A stretch of 64,000 bases of DNA from Lama glama. Lineage: Eukaryota. Where the stretch lies: contig CM052817.1 in the NCBI GenBank assembly GCA_028534125.1, positions 14,324,001 through 14,388,000 on the forward strand. Direction: 5' to 3'. Shown piece by piece: positions 52,420-64,000 of the stretch (its first letter is position 1; each line of letters starts with the position of its first letter). The notes under the pieces are model-generated. The model worked only from the letters and a program-made list of their open reading frames with translations, ran no database searches and was not told the origin of the DNA. Both the position numbers and the translations under genes were made by a program.

Positions 52420-52690
52420 TGTTCTAAAGTAGAGTGGAGGTGAGAGAAGGTTTCTCTTGAGAAGTGACATTTCAGCCAAGAGGTTAAGTGTAAGAGGATA
52501 TCAACTTGTAAAGATCAAAGACAAACTACTGCAGGCAGAGGGTTCAGCATATGCAAATGTATGTAAGTAGGAAAAAGCTTGGCATTTAGACCAAGCTAAT
52601 GTGGCAGTCAAAAGATGCGTGAGGAGCAAAGTGGCAAGGTCTCTCAAGGGGGAGGATGTGTGGGGCCAAGCAGGATCAAACAATGCTAAC
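52420..52690 (-). mobile_element. L2 fragment
   Basis: gagaagtgacatttcagc..caggcagagggttcagcatatgcaaa..ggaaaaagcttggcattt. Confidence 0.6.
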
Positions 52691-52787
52691 TTTATATTTC
52701 CTTCAATAAACTCTGTACTTAGTAAACTCATGGACCATGTTCATCCACGTGGGCTCCCAGAGTCTAGCATATTTATTGACCTTTAGT

Positions 52788-52975
52788 GTCAGTTTGAATA
52801 TTGGTTTTGGAATTGCTGGTGGCGGCTGGTGATGAAATTGCTGGTGGGGTCAGGTGGTGCAACTATTCGTGGTGCTGGAATTGTTGACAGTATTTGTAGT
52901 GCAATTGATGGTGGCATTCATGGTAGACATGTTGGTACTTTTGGTGACAGAACTGCCTGTGGTGTTGGTGATGGT
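52788..52975 (-). repeat. Degenerate ~24-nt tandem repeat (about 8 units), minus-strand consensus TCCACCACCAATGCCACCAGCAAT
   Basis: Manual unit alignment (see findings). Confidence 0.65.
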
Positions 52976-54379
52976 ATCTGGATTCACTGTGTGAATGTGT
53001 ATTGATCTCTTCCTAAATGAAGGCCTGTATCCATCTGCCATATGTGACAGTTCATACCATTCAGAGGTAAATTAACAGCTAACACTGAAGCCTGGACTAG
53101 GAGATGAAAAGCAATTAAAATAGCTCGGTTGGTTTTATTAACATGCTTGACCAAAGATAGACCTGAGGATTTGGACAAAGCTGAATTTAAATAATTTATG
53201 CTCTGTAATGATTACATCCTCAACATAATTCTTTCGGCACTTGTAACCCTACCTGAATCCTCACCTGTGGTGCTGTTACCTGAGAATGTTCTCCCTACGG
53301 CGAATAGATTTGGAGAGCTTACAGACTGATTTTATAGGTATTTTTTTAGTAATTCAGTATTCATCCAGAAGGGTAAAGGGACCAGGAAGAAAAGGGGCTT
53401 CTTTCAAGAGAATGTTATCCACCAGCCAGTAGGACTTAGATAAATCCTAAATTCCCTTAAAAATTTACTATCACCCTCCTACCAAATACTATTATAGAGA
53501 TAAATAAGACATCTTCCCAGACCTTTAGCATTTATTAATGATACCATTTATTCAGCACCAGATACTTGTTCATAATATCTATTATATTATTTAATCCAAT
53601 GGAAATATTGTACTTATTTTATACTTGAGAAAACTAAGGCCTAAAGAAGTAACTACTTTTCCTATTGAAAAACCTATGCACCTGCCATCAGACAATCTTA
53701 CCATGGATAAAGACACAAGGAAATATTAATATGACTTAATGACACCAGTGGACCTTAAAGCTAAGGATCCAGGGTCCATGGAAGAGAATCCATAGGAAAG
53801 GCCCACAGCATCCTTTGCATCCACAGGAAAGGACCCCAGGAAATCATACACCTGAAAGATGGACACTGATGATGTACTGAGGCTATATGAACACACTCTT
53901 TGAGCAGGTCGACATACTCTGACCAGTGTTATTTGGTAGAACAGAGCTGGGACCTAAAGGAGTTAGTAAACCTGTCTAAGCACACACGGTCAAGCCACGG
54001 TTACTCACTGAGTAGCCAATTAATTAGCTGATCATTTTGTGTTTCCTCATAACATTTTGTCCAAAAAAATTTAAAATAAAACTGTATCCAAACAAGAGAA
54101 AACCATTTGCTTAGCTCTACCTGTAATTATCTTAGGCCCTGAAATTGCACAGTCAGAAAGTTAGCCCTTTAAATCAAGATTCTATCCTTTGAAAGAAATT
54201 TGGAATTAATAGACATGGTATATCTTAAGAGTAAATTATTTTGCTTTTTGCTTATTTCAGAAAGGTTTTGATTAACACAGTTGAGAGTGGTGGCAAGAAT
54301 TATAAAAACTAAAAGAAGAGAAAGGTTTGGAAGGGAAAAGCTAGAGGAGATTTCTGCCATCTAGCAGCTTAAAAAGTAC

Positions 54380-54870
54380 AACTTGAAATGCTCAGGACAT
54401 TCCTAGGTATATATCGAGTAGAAATACGTACATGTTTACCGAAGACGTGCACTGGAATGTTGAGCGAGTTCTGCTGGCATCAGATAAAAACTGAAACTAT
54501 GGAAACTTTCACCAGTACTAGAATGAATGATAAGTGTCCAATAAGCAATGAGGGTAAACTGATTATTGCTGTACAATACAACATGGACGAATCTCACAGA
54601 TGCAATGATCATTAAAAGAAGGGATATACAAATGAGAACCAACTGGGTGATTCTATTCATCTAAATATAAAACAGAAGGTAAATCTCAGGAACACCATGA
54701 GGAGTCAGTACGGAGATTACACTGCTGCGAGTAATCAGTGATTGGAGGGGGCCAGGGGAGGGCATTTGTGCTGCTGTTTACACAGGTGTGTTCAGTTTGT
54801 GAAAATTCACTGGGCTGTACGTTAACGGCGTTGCCATTTTTTTTTTCCTCTATGCACATTACAGCCAAGG
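54380..54870 (+). mobile_element. Old L1ME-like 3' end
   Basis: ttcctaggtatata..caacatggacgaatctcacaga..tgattctattcat..tacacaggtgtgttcagtttgtgaaaattca..gctgtac. Confidence 0.75.
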
Positions 54871-54904
54871 GAAAAAAAAGGTCAAAAGGAGAAAAAAAAT
54901 CCAG

Positions 54905-55075
54905 TGACTTTGTATCAGAAGTCTAGACTTAAAGTTAGGATTTACACTATTAGGTAATCACTTAATCTCTCTCAAAGCTTGAATTCTTTGTCTATAAAAT
55001 AGGAATGGTGCCCACCACACTAGATTAAATGAGAGTAAAAACTGTGACATGCTTTATAAAGTTCTGTACAACTGT
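54905..55075 (+). mobile_element. MIR SINE
   Basis: aatcacttaatctctct..tctataaaatagga..gattaaatgaga..tgctttataa. Confidence 0.65.
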
Positions 55076-55087
55076 CAATTATTTAGG

Positions 55088-55262
55088 CCAGTGGTTTGCA
55101 ACCCTCACTGTGAGTGAAACTCACCTAGGGAGATTAACAGAGACAGCTAAACACATGCCTTGGTCCCACCACCCTAGAGACCATGACCCACTAGCTCTGG
55201 GGAGAGGCTCATGCATCTCCAGTTTCATAAGCTCCACAAGTGACAAGAGTTTGGGAGCACAA
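55088..55262. mobile_element. hAT-Charlie MITE, MER5-like
   Basis: cagtggtttgcaacc..tcacctaggga..gtcccaccaccctagag..tctggggagaggc..agtttggga. Confidence 0.65.
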
Positions 55263-55296
55263 ACTTGGAAAATATCTCCCTATTTCAAAGCTGAAT

Positions 55297-55598
55297 ATGA
55301 ACAATCTTATAGTTACTGGGGCAAGGAAGTGGGAAGGGATAAATCTGGGATGAGATTTGCAAATGTTAGCCACCATATAAAGATAGATAAAAAAACAGAT
55401 TTCTTCTGTACAGCATAGGGAACTATATTCAATATCTTGTAATAACCTTTAATGTAAGAGAATATGAAATCAAATATATATATATTATATATATATATAT
55501 TTACACACACACACACACACACATACACACATGACTGGGACATTATGCTGTATACCAGAAATTGACACATTGTAACTGATTATATTCAATTAAAAAAA
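55297..55598 (+). mobile_element. Young L1 3' tail with internal (AT)n(AC)n expansion (about 55475-55530)
   Basis: gaacaatcttatagttactggg..gggaagggataaatctggga..cattatgctgtataccagaaattgacac. Confidence 0.9.
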
Positions 55599-57734
55599 TG
55601 AACGTGTATGCCATTCCAGGCTCATTTCTGGGATCAGTGCAATCCATCTACATTTTGCCAATCACAAGCTATGCAGACACAAGGAATTTTCAGAAAGTCT
55701 AATGCAGTGGAATAACAAACACCTGTACAGCAAACAAGGGCACTGATGAGTCAAAAGATTATCTCATACTAAGCCAGGTACTCTGAAGCAAAATATTTTT
55801 TTATTTGTAAAAAACTCACAAATGACTTATAAGAGCAGAATATCTTCATAGTAATATCCCAACTCTAAATAGATGCCACTGCAGAATGCCAGGAATCATG
55901 ACCCAATCTGTGCTTCAGTTTTGTTTTCCCTCCACTTATGAAATGAAAACCAGATGCTGGAACGGTGTTTGATAACATTGTTTTGACATGCTTTTTGTGT
56001 TGTTAATAGTATGTTGTTTCAACAGCAGAGCTCTTTAGGCTTACAAAATTGCTAGATTTCAAGAAGTACATCAATTTCCACCAAAGAGTAAAATGCATAA
56101 AATTAGAATTTTTTTGAGGTTTTTCTTCGAATCTCTATGACATTCAAATCGCTTCATTCCTCTTCCCCTAATTTCTAATTTTCTCCTTAGATAAAGTCAT
56201 TACACACAAGAAAGGGTTCATAGCAAAGCAATCCAACATTTGCGTGTTCCTTGTGTATGGGCTGCCCCAACAGGAGGCACTGAAGAAATAATCACTGAAT
56301 TTAACAGATTAGTTATTCTGAGACTAGATCATTTTCTCCAGCCAAAGATAAGACCATAAGATTTTATGTGGTCTAGTTGTTAAAATGCAGTTAAAGCTAA
56401 CAACTCTTCATTGAATCTATAAAGCTATATTTGTGTAAGCCTTTTTAATAGGCCAACATATAGTGCTGCAGTGGATTACAACTGAAATGAGTTTTTAATG
56501 CTGCTGTGTGCATATTAAGTGCTGCCTTTATTTCCTGTTTTAGGATCCTGGTTAGCATTATTCATAGCCTGAAAAGAATCTATTCTAGTACATCCTACAC
56601 TTTCATTATATATATATGTCTGGAAGAATTTGTCAACTAGGTGACAATTTGAATTAATTAACAATAAAAAAACAATGAAACAAATTAAAAGCCACTTATT
56701 AATTTAACTTCTTGGAAACTTGTCTAGATTTTTTTTCTTAGAAACTTATTTAAATTTAATTAAGTGTAGTTCATCAATTCCCAGCTATCTTAAAAACAAA
56801 AAGCACCACAAAAACAACAGGTACATCATTTGTGACTGTGACTGAAGAAAAACAGAAATGACAAAGAAGTAACAGTAATAATACTGGGACAAGATAAAAT
56901 TTTCCATTTTCAACAGATCGTGTCATCAAAGACATAATGCAGAGAACTGTAGAATGTTCAACAGTGAACATTAAAAATTCATATTCTGATTAGTGTTATT
57001 TTATCACTTATACATAATTTAAATAAAAGTTTGGTACTGCCCTGTTATTTGACATTAAGGTATTAGCACTTCCAACCAAGGTTATTTTGGGTGTTTTTTA
57101 TTTTCAAAGAAAGCCTTAATTTTTTTTCTTTCATACAGTGTAGGGTTGAAATCCTTCTACAACTTAGTAAAGAGAATATGCTGAGTTAGATGTCTAGATA
57201 TTTTAGTGCTCAAACCTCCTCCCTAAATGCTGTTCCTTGAAGTCACCTGTAGGTCTGACGATCCTCCCGGAAGAGCTGTTCTCCATTCTCCACGGCTTAT
57301 TTTAGTAGCTGCCTCTCACTGCTGCCCTCTAACACGTTTGCTTTTCTCTCTTCTTCCCCTGACATTCTCCCCTTGTTTTCCATGCAAGGGTCTTTTACAT
57401 CAACTATGGGACCACTACAATTCTAAACTAGAAAAGGAGTTAGAGAATTTAGTGGAACATCTTTGATATACACATCTTGCAAGACTTAATGGGCCCTGAG
57501 TTTTTCCTCTTTTTTTTCTCTCTTTGGTAATAGGATGACCTTAAGTGAGCAAAGACCTAGGGAGATGAGGTCACTTTCAGTCAAACTGGGACAGACAACT
57601 GATTTCAACATATATTTCTTTTGTCTTGGTATGTGGTAAGGAGAGAGCATAAACCCTCAAACGGCAGTTGGAGTACAGATATGACAGTGCAAAGAACATA
57701 GTTGCCCCTAGAACAATTCCATCAGCACAGTGCA

Positions 57735-57950
57735 TGATGAAAGCATGAGCCACTACGAGGTTCCCTTTCTAAATTCAAACCCCAGCTCTGTCATTGTTAG
57801 CTGTGTAACCAGGGCAACCTCTCTGTCTCGGTATTAGGAATGATAATAATCCTATTTCATAGGATTGCTATCGGAATTAAATAAGTTCATACAAGTAAGA
57901 CACTTAAAATAGGGCCTCGCATAACATAAATGATCAAATGTTAAATTATT
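57735..57950 (+). mobile_element. MIR SINE
   Basis: ttcaaaccccagctctgtca..tagctgtgtaacc..cataggattg..gaattaaataagtt. Confidence 0.75.
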
Positions 57951-58087
57951 ATTACTGTCTTTTGGATTCCATCAGTGAGAGTCTTGATAGTGATATAGTC
58001 ATGATAGTGAGAATCTACGAAAAAAGTGATCACACTGAATTTCTCATGATCACAAAGGTCTAGGCCACCAACTAGAAAGTGGCACAT

Positions 58088-58832
58088 TATGAAAAGCAAT
58101 ATGAAAGTTTGTTGGAAAGTTAAAATTAGATCTGCTATATGATCCACAACTCCAATTATTAATATATTCCCAAAGGAAATGAAAACAGGATGTTGAAGAG
58201 ATAGAAGCACTTCCATGTTGCATTATTCACAATAGCCGAGATATGGAAACAGCTTAAGTACCCATTAATGGATGAATGAATAAAAAGATGTGGTGTGTGT
58301 ACACACACATACACATACACACACACAATGGACTATTATTCTGTTATTCAGCCATAAGAGAGAAGAACATCCTGTCATCTGGGCCAACATGAATGGACCT
58401 TGAAGACATTATGAAAAGTGAGGCGTGATATCACTTTTATGTCAAATCTAAAAAAGTCTAACTCATAAATAAAGATAGACAGTAGAATGGTGGTTACCAG
58501 GGGCTGGAGAGTCGCACGATAGGAGAGGTGTGGTTTAAAGGTACAAAGTTGCAATGAGTAGTAAATAAGTCCTACAGATCTAATGCACAGTATAGTAAAG
58601 TATATAATATTGTATTATAATCATCAAATTTGCCAAGACACTAGATCTTAATTATTCTAACCATGAAAAAGAAATGATACTTATGTGACATGATAGAGGA
58701 GCTAATTATCACTACAATGGCAATCATATCATAATATATAAATGTATCAAATCACCATGTTGCACAACTTAAATTTAAACAATATTATATGTCAAATATA
58801 TTTCAACAAAAAAAGAGTAAGGCAACAAAAAA
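58088..58832 (+). mobile_element. L1 3' portion (ORF2 end plus UTR, laurasiatherian L1MA-type) with 14-bp TSD
   Basis: TSD agaaagtggc(a/c)cat at 58074-58087 and 58833-58846; gcattattcacaatagcc, gtagaatggtggttaccagggg. Confidence 0.88.
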
Positions 58833-59239
58833 AGAAAGTGGCCCATAACATCGGCCCTCAGATCGGGAGTGGGAAAAGACCCTCCCCTTGTCCTCCTCCA
58901 ACTGGTTGTCACCCCACAACATTCAGTAAAGCTCAGATCAACTGATGGATTGATTGGTATTCCCTATTTTTCTATCAAAGTGCACTATACTTAATAATAC
59001 ATTCTGTGGTGCCTTCTCTGAATCACCGAGGCATCCTTAGAGAAATGGTCAAAAGGGGGATCGGGAGGAAAGCTGTCCAGTCTGCACTGGTGAAGCTTTG
59101 CCAACTCCACCAATAATCCAGGGCTCTATGTGTCTTCAAACAAGTCTGTTCTAATCTATGTTAAGCCCTTTCCACAAATGGCCTCATTTCCTCCTTATAA
59201 TTCTCCTACCCAACAAAGTCTATAATTTTCTCCATTTTA

Positions 59240-59800
59240 CATACAAGCATTTATTATTTGCCTACCATTTAAAACCACAGTTAGAAATGATCCATATACC
59301 ATCATTACCCTCCTAGAATTTACATTGTTGTGGAGAGGACAGACAATTACTCCATTAACAAAACAATTTATTTACAACTGTGATGCATACTTGAAGGAAT
59401 AGTGCAAGGTGCTATGAGTTATATCTCAGAGGGATCTGGTTCAAGGGATCCAGAAAAGAACAAGTATATGCAAATATACAGATGTAGCTGGGGGTTGCAG
59501 CAGGGGATAGTCCAAAAAAAAAAAAAAAAACAGCTTGTGTTTGCAGTGAACCTGGAGTAGGAGGTAGCAAGTCTCATTCTAGGATATGAAAGAGGACCTG
59601 GCTTGCTGGAAGACAAAGAGAGAGAAAGAAGAGAATGACAGAGGTTAATGTGAATGAAGCTGGCTGGGGCTGAGTAATGCAGGGCCTCTTGATCATGTAA
59701 AATATTTTAAACTTGGTTCATAGAATAATGGAGAACCACTTAATTATTTTAATCATGGAATGGCATGCTCATATTTGTTTACAACATGTCTGTAGTAGAC
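59240..59800 (-). mobile_element. L2 fragment
   Basis: caagcatttatt..aggtgctatgag..ggctggggctgagtaatgcagggcct..aatggagaaccact. Confidence 0.6.
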
Positions 59801-59849
59801 AGATTGAACTCTGCCCCTCTCTCTTCCACTTAACTCTTCAGCAACTCTT

Positions 59850-60161
59850 TTTTTTTTAATTTTTTATTGAAATATATTTGACCCACAATGTTAGTTTCAG
59901 ATGTACAGCAAAGTGATTCAGTTATACACACACATATATGTATATATTGTTTTCAGATTCTTTTCCATTATATGTCATTACAAGAAATTGAACATAGTTC
60001 CCCGTGCTATATGTATAGGTCCTTGTTGTTTATCTATTAACCCCCAACGCCTAATTGATCCCTCCCCTCCCTTTCCCCTTTGGTAACCATAGTTTGTTTT
60101 CTATGTCTGTGAATCTGTTTTTGGCATGTAAATAGAATTTGAATCTTTGTTTTTTTTCGAT
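59850..60161 (-). mobile_element. Cetartiodactyl-type L1 3' tail with 20-bp TSD
   Basis: TSD ttaactcttcagca(a/t)ctctt at 59830-59849 and 60162-60181; gtgattcagttatacac..ttttcagattcttttccatta. Confidence 0.9.
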
Positions 60162-60181
60162 TTAACTCTTCAGCATCTCTT

Positions 60182-60486
60182 TTTTTAAAATATATTTTTA
60201 TTGAAGTACAGTCAGTTTACAATGTTGTGTCAATTTCTGGTGTACAGTACAATACTTCAGTCACATAGGAATATACATACATTCGTTTTCATATTATTTT
60301 TAACCATAAGTTGCTACAAGATATTGAATAGTTCCTGTGCTATACAGTATAAACCTGTTGTTCATCTACTTTATATGTAGTAGTTGGTATCTACCAATCT
60401 CAAACTCCCAATTTATCCCTTCCCATCCCCCTTTCCACCCGGTAACCATAAGTTTGTATTCTATATCTCTGAGCCTGTTTCTGCCA
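60182..60486 (-). mobile_element. Young camelid-type L1 3' tail inserted at the same site
   Basis: TSD catctctt at 60174-60181 and 60487-60494; homolog of 41494-41776. Confidence 0.9.
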
Positions 60487-61551
60487 CATCTCTTATATGA
60501 TATTTTCATATAAAGCTTTACATAAAAGATTTTTTAAATCTATGACTTACTTTTAAAATAGTGGAGCAATATGCCTTTTAACCACGTTTCATTTTTAAGA
60601 GGATATTTACAATCCTCAAGAAAAGTCAGTAAAGGTGTTGACTGTAGAAATAGGGATTTGGGAATAAGAAGATAATTCTTTCCTTTTGCCAACATTCTAG
60701 TATTTCAGGAATTTTGATAAGACAGCAAAAGAATAGCGTACCTTTAAAAACCAGGTTCTAATTTATATACCAATTTAATTGGCCATAAGATCTTCAACTT
60801 CACTTTCTTCTAGTCCAAGTGTCAAAGTTTTATTTATCTTGCTCTAAAAATCCTCAAAGAGTAAATAGACTCAAATAACACAAAGAAGTTCCTAAAACTT
60901 TATCCTAGTCATAATTCAGTGTTATTTTAACTCATTTATAAATAAGTTCTAGGCAACATGCTGCAGTGTGAAATATGAAAATAAAAAAGACACATTTTCT
61001 GTCTTTTTAGAGTTTGGAGGGCAAGAAATTTTTTTAAAAGAAAACAACAAAAAAAGAGAAATTATGAAAATTTCTTATAATGGAAAATATGTAGCTCTTC
61101 TAATAATCAAGTTAAAACATTCAGAACATTGATGAGACTAGAAACATGAATTTCATAATTATTCTGTCCCATAAACTAAAAACAGAAGTATTTAAACCAA
61201 ATTTGCTCATTAATCCTTCAATTGTTTTTCTAATAACAATAGTTTTTTTTAAATGGTGGGAAAAATATGAAGCTGATATTTGAAATGCAAAAATGTATCA
61301 GTAAGTTGTGGCCAAGATGGTGCAGTAAGAAGACTCTGAGCTCACATCCTCCCACAGGCACAACAAAATTACAACTATTTACAGAGAACAATTTACAATG
61401 ACTACCTTAAGACGAGCATAAAATATTTTATATAACTAAACATATAAAGAAGGAACCACAATGAGATGGTGAGCACTGGTGGAGACATGGTGTAGTCAAG
61501 ACCCACAGCCTTGGGTAAGCAATCCACAAACAGAAGGATAATCATAACTGT

Positions 61552-61553
61552 AG

Positions 61554-61584
<31 letters not shown>

Positions 61585-61630
61585 TACATACACATACACA
61601 CATAAATTATTACATATAATTTATATATAT
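61552..61630. repeat. (AT)n(AC)n microsatellite at the first L1 deletion junction
   Basis: Read directly from the sequence. Confidence 0.9.
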
Positions 61631-63297
61631 AAGTTATTCCATCCAAAAGTGGCAGACTACATATTCTTTTCAAATGTACATGCAGTATTATCCAGGATAG
61701 ATCACGTGCTAGGCCAAAACAAATCTTAGTAAATTTAAGAAGACTGAAATGATATCAAGCATAATGTCCAACCACAACTCTGTGAGACTAGAAATCAACT
61801 ACAAGAAAAATACTTCAAAAAACACAAACTGGTGGAGGCTAAACAACATGCCGCTAAACAACTTTTGGGTCACTGAGTAAATCAAGGATGAAATAAAAAA
61901 TACTGGAAACAAGTGAAAATGGAAACACAACATTCCAAAATCAGTGGGATGCAGCAAAAGCATTTCTGAGAGGGAAGTTTACAGCAAAAGAAGCCTACCT
62001 CAGAAAGCAAACAAACAAAACCTCAAATAACCTTACATCTAAGTGAATCAGAAGAAGAAAAAACAAAATATAAACTTAATAGAAAGAAATAATAGATGAA
62101 AACAGAGATAAATGAAATAGAGACTCAACAACAGAAAAGATCAATGCACTCCCTATCAAAATACCAACGGTGTTTTTCACAATACTAGAACAAATACTTC
62201 TAAAATCTGTATGGAAACACAAAGGAATCTGAATAGCCAAAATAATCTTGAAAAAGAACAAAGCTGGAGGTATAACGCTCCCTGATTTCAAACTATACTA
62301 CAAAGCTAGTCATCAAAACGGTATTTACTGGAACAAAAACAGGCACATGCATCAGCGGAACAAAATAGAGAGCCCAGAAATTAAGAAATTAACATTTTCG
62401 GTCAATTAATCAATGACGAAGGAGGTAAAAATATACAATACTGCCTCTTCAGTAAACGGTGCTGGGGAAACAGGACAGCTACATGTAAAATCATCTTACT
62501 GAACTACTTTCTCACACCACATACAAAAATAAACCTAAAATGGATTAAAGGCTTAAATATAAAACCTGAAACCATAAGAGTCCTAGAAGAAAACGTAGGC
62601 AGTAGGTTCTTTGACATCAGTCTTAGCAACATTTTTGTATATGTCTCCTCAGGCAAGGGCAAGAAAAGCAAAGCTGGAAAAAAATGGGATTACATAAAAC
62701 AAAACACATTCTGCACACAGAAGGAAACTATCAACAAAACAAAAAGACAGCCTACTCAATGGGAGAAGGCATTTGCAAACAATATATTCATAAACGGTTA
62801 ATATCCAAAATAACAAAGAACTCATACAACTCAACATCAATAAAACAAACAATCCAGTTAAAAAATGTGCAGAGAACCTGGTAGACACTTTTCCAAAGAC
62901 ATGCAGATGGACAACAGACTCGTGAAAAGATGCTCAACATCACAGACCACCAGGGAAATGCAAATCAAAACCACACTGAGATACCACCACACACCGCTCA
63001 GAATGGCTATCATCAGAAAGTCAACAAATAACAAATGTTAGCAAGGATGTGTACTGCTCTGTCGGTGGGAACATAAATTGGTGCAGTTAACATGGAAAAC
63101 AGTATGGTGGCTCCTCAAAAAAATTATAATTAGAACTACCATATGATCCAGCAAGTCCACTTTTGGGTTTTTATCCAAAGAAAACAAAAACACTAATTTG
63201 AAAAGATATCACTGCAGCAATATTTACAATAGCCAAGATATAAAAGTGGGCACCGTAAGTGCCCACTGATAAAGGAATGGATAAAGAAGATGTGGCG

Positions 63298-63401
63298 TAT
63301 TATATATATATACATATATATATATACACACACACACACACATATGTATGTATATATATGTATACATACACACACACATACATACATACATACACACACA
63401 C
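63298..63401. repeat. Compound AT/AC/ACAT microsatellite within the L1 ORF2 end
   Basis: Read directly from the sequence. Confidence 0.92.
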
Positions 63402-64000
63402 GATGGAGTGTTACTCAGCCACAAAAATAATGAACTCTTGCCATTTGTGAGAACATGGGTGGATCTAGAGGTTATTACACAAAGCGAAGTGTCAAACACC
63501 ACATGATCTCAATTATATGTGTATATGTGGAATCTGAAAAACAAAAGAAACAAAATAAAACCAGATTCACAGAGAACAAACAAGTGGTTGCCAAGGGTGG
63601 AGGGGTTGGGGAGTGAGGGTGTAGGGGGTTGCTGGGTGGAGGATGACAGGAAGGGGGTGGAGGGTAAAATAGGTGTAGCGGATTCAGAAATGCAAACTTT
63701 CTGTTAAATAATAAGTCACAGAGATGTAATATGTAGCATAAGAAATATGGTTAATAATATTATAGTAACTTTGTGTGGGAACAGATGGCTACTAGACTTA
63801 TCAGGGTGATCATTTTGTAACGTGGGCAAATATCAAATGATTATGTAGTACGTGTGAAACTAACATAATCCTGTCCATCAACAACTTCAATCAAAAATTT
63901 AAAAATCTGTCATTTCTATCGTTTCTGAAAATTTGGGTTCAGAATTTTAGCACTAAGGGAATTTGCAGATGAATCATCAAGATAAGTCAGAATGAAAAAT

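Larger units (their letters stand above)
61301..63900 (+). mobile_element. Internally deleted L1 retaining the 5'-UTR start and the 3' end
   Basis: 5' end caagatgg..ctgagctcacatcctcccac..aaaattacaactatttacaga; endonuclease-end DNA at about 61635-62140; ORF2 C-terminal DNA from 62141; 3' UTR to the A-tail; candidate TSD aaaaatgtatca (61289-61300) / aaaaatctgtca (63901-63912). Confidence 0.85.

Noticed and set aside
53788..53839. Two-copy 31-bp-period duplication atcca(t/c)aggaaagg
   Set aside because: Ordinary local duplication; not an array and no spacer structure.
56520..56560. Plus-strand 7-nt microexon (tttcctgttttag|GATCCTG|gttagc)
   Set aside because: Weak donor, not frame-preserving, and opposite to the inferred host orientation.
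1..64000. CRISPR arrays, tRNA/rRNA/snRNA genes, processed pseudogenes, young tRNA-derived SINEs
   Set aside because: None recognised by eye; the recurring 200-300 bp dispersed repeats are L1 3' tails with TSDs.

Overview
AT-rich mammalian nuclear DNA with two 500-N scaffold gaps (22256-22755, 45933-46432). It is probably camelid; that is inferred from the recurring young L1 3'-UTR tails and the absence of Alu, B1/B2, Bov-tA and PRE1 SINEs. I recognise no protein-coding gene, RNA gene or prokaryotic-type system, and the ORF track is chance ORFs, decayed L1 ORF2 and N-gap artefacts. The window is intronic or intergenic and dominated by interspersed repeats: nested old L1s, many 5'-truncated young L1 tails with TSDs, ERV solo LTRs, MER DNA transposons, MIRs and L2s. 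Several repeat-free blocks are dense in homeodomain motifs. The most interesting items are (1) a 2.6-kb L1 keeping both termini but with two large internal deletions, one in frame at a TCAATG microhomology; (2) a probable L1 3' transduction; (3) a chimeric L1 tail; (4) a cryptic 24-nt repeat that would encode a sequon-rich Ser/Thr/Asn octapeptide; (5) a symmetric homeodomain-site cassette at 6120-6175; and (6) speculative minus-strand exon candidates. Repeat family names come from recalled consensus sequences, not database searches, and boundaries of old repeats are approximate.
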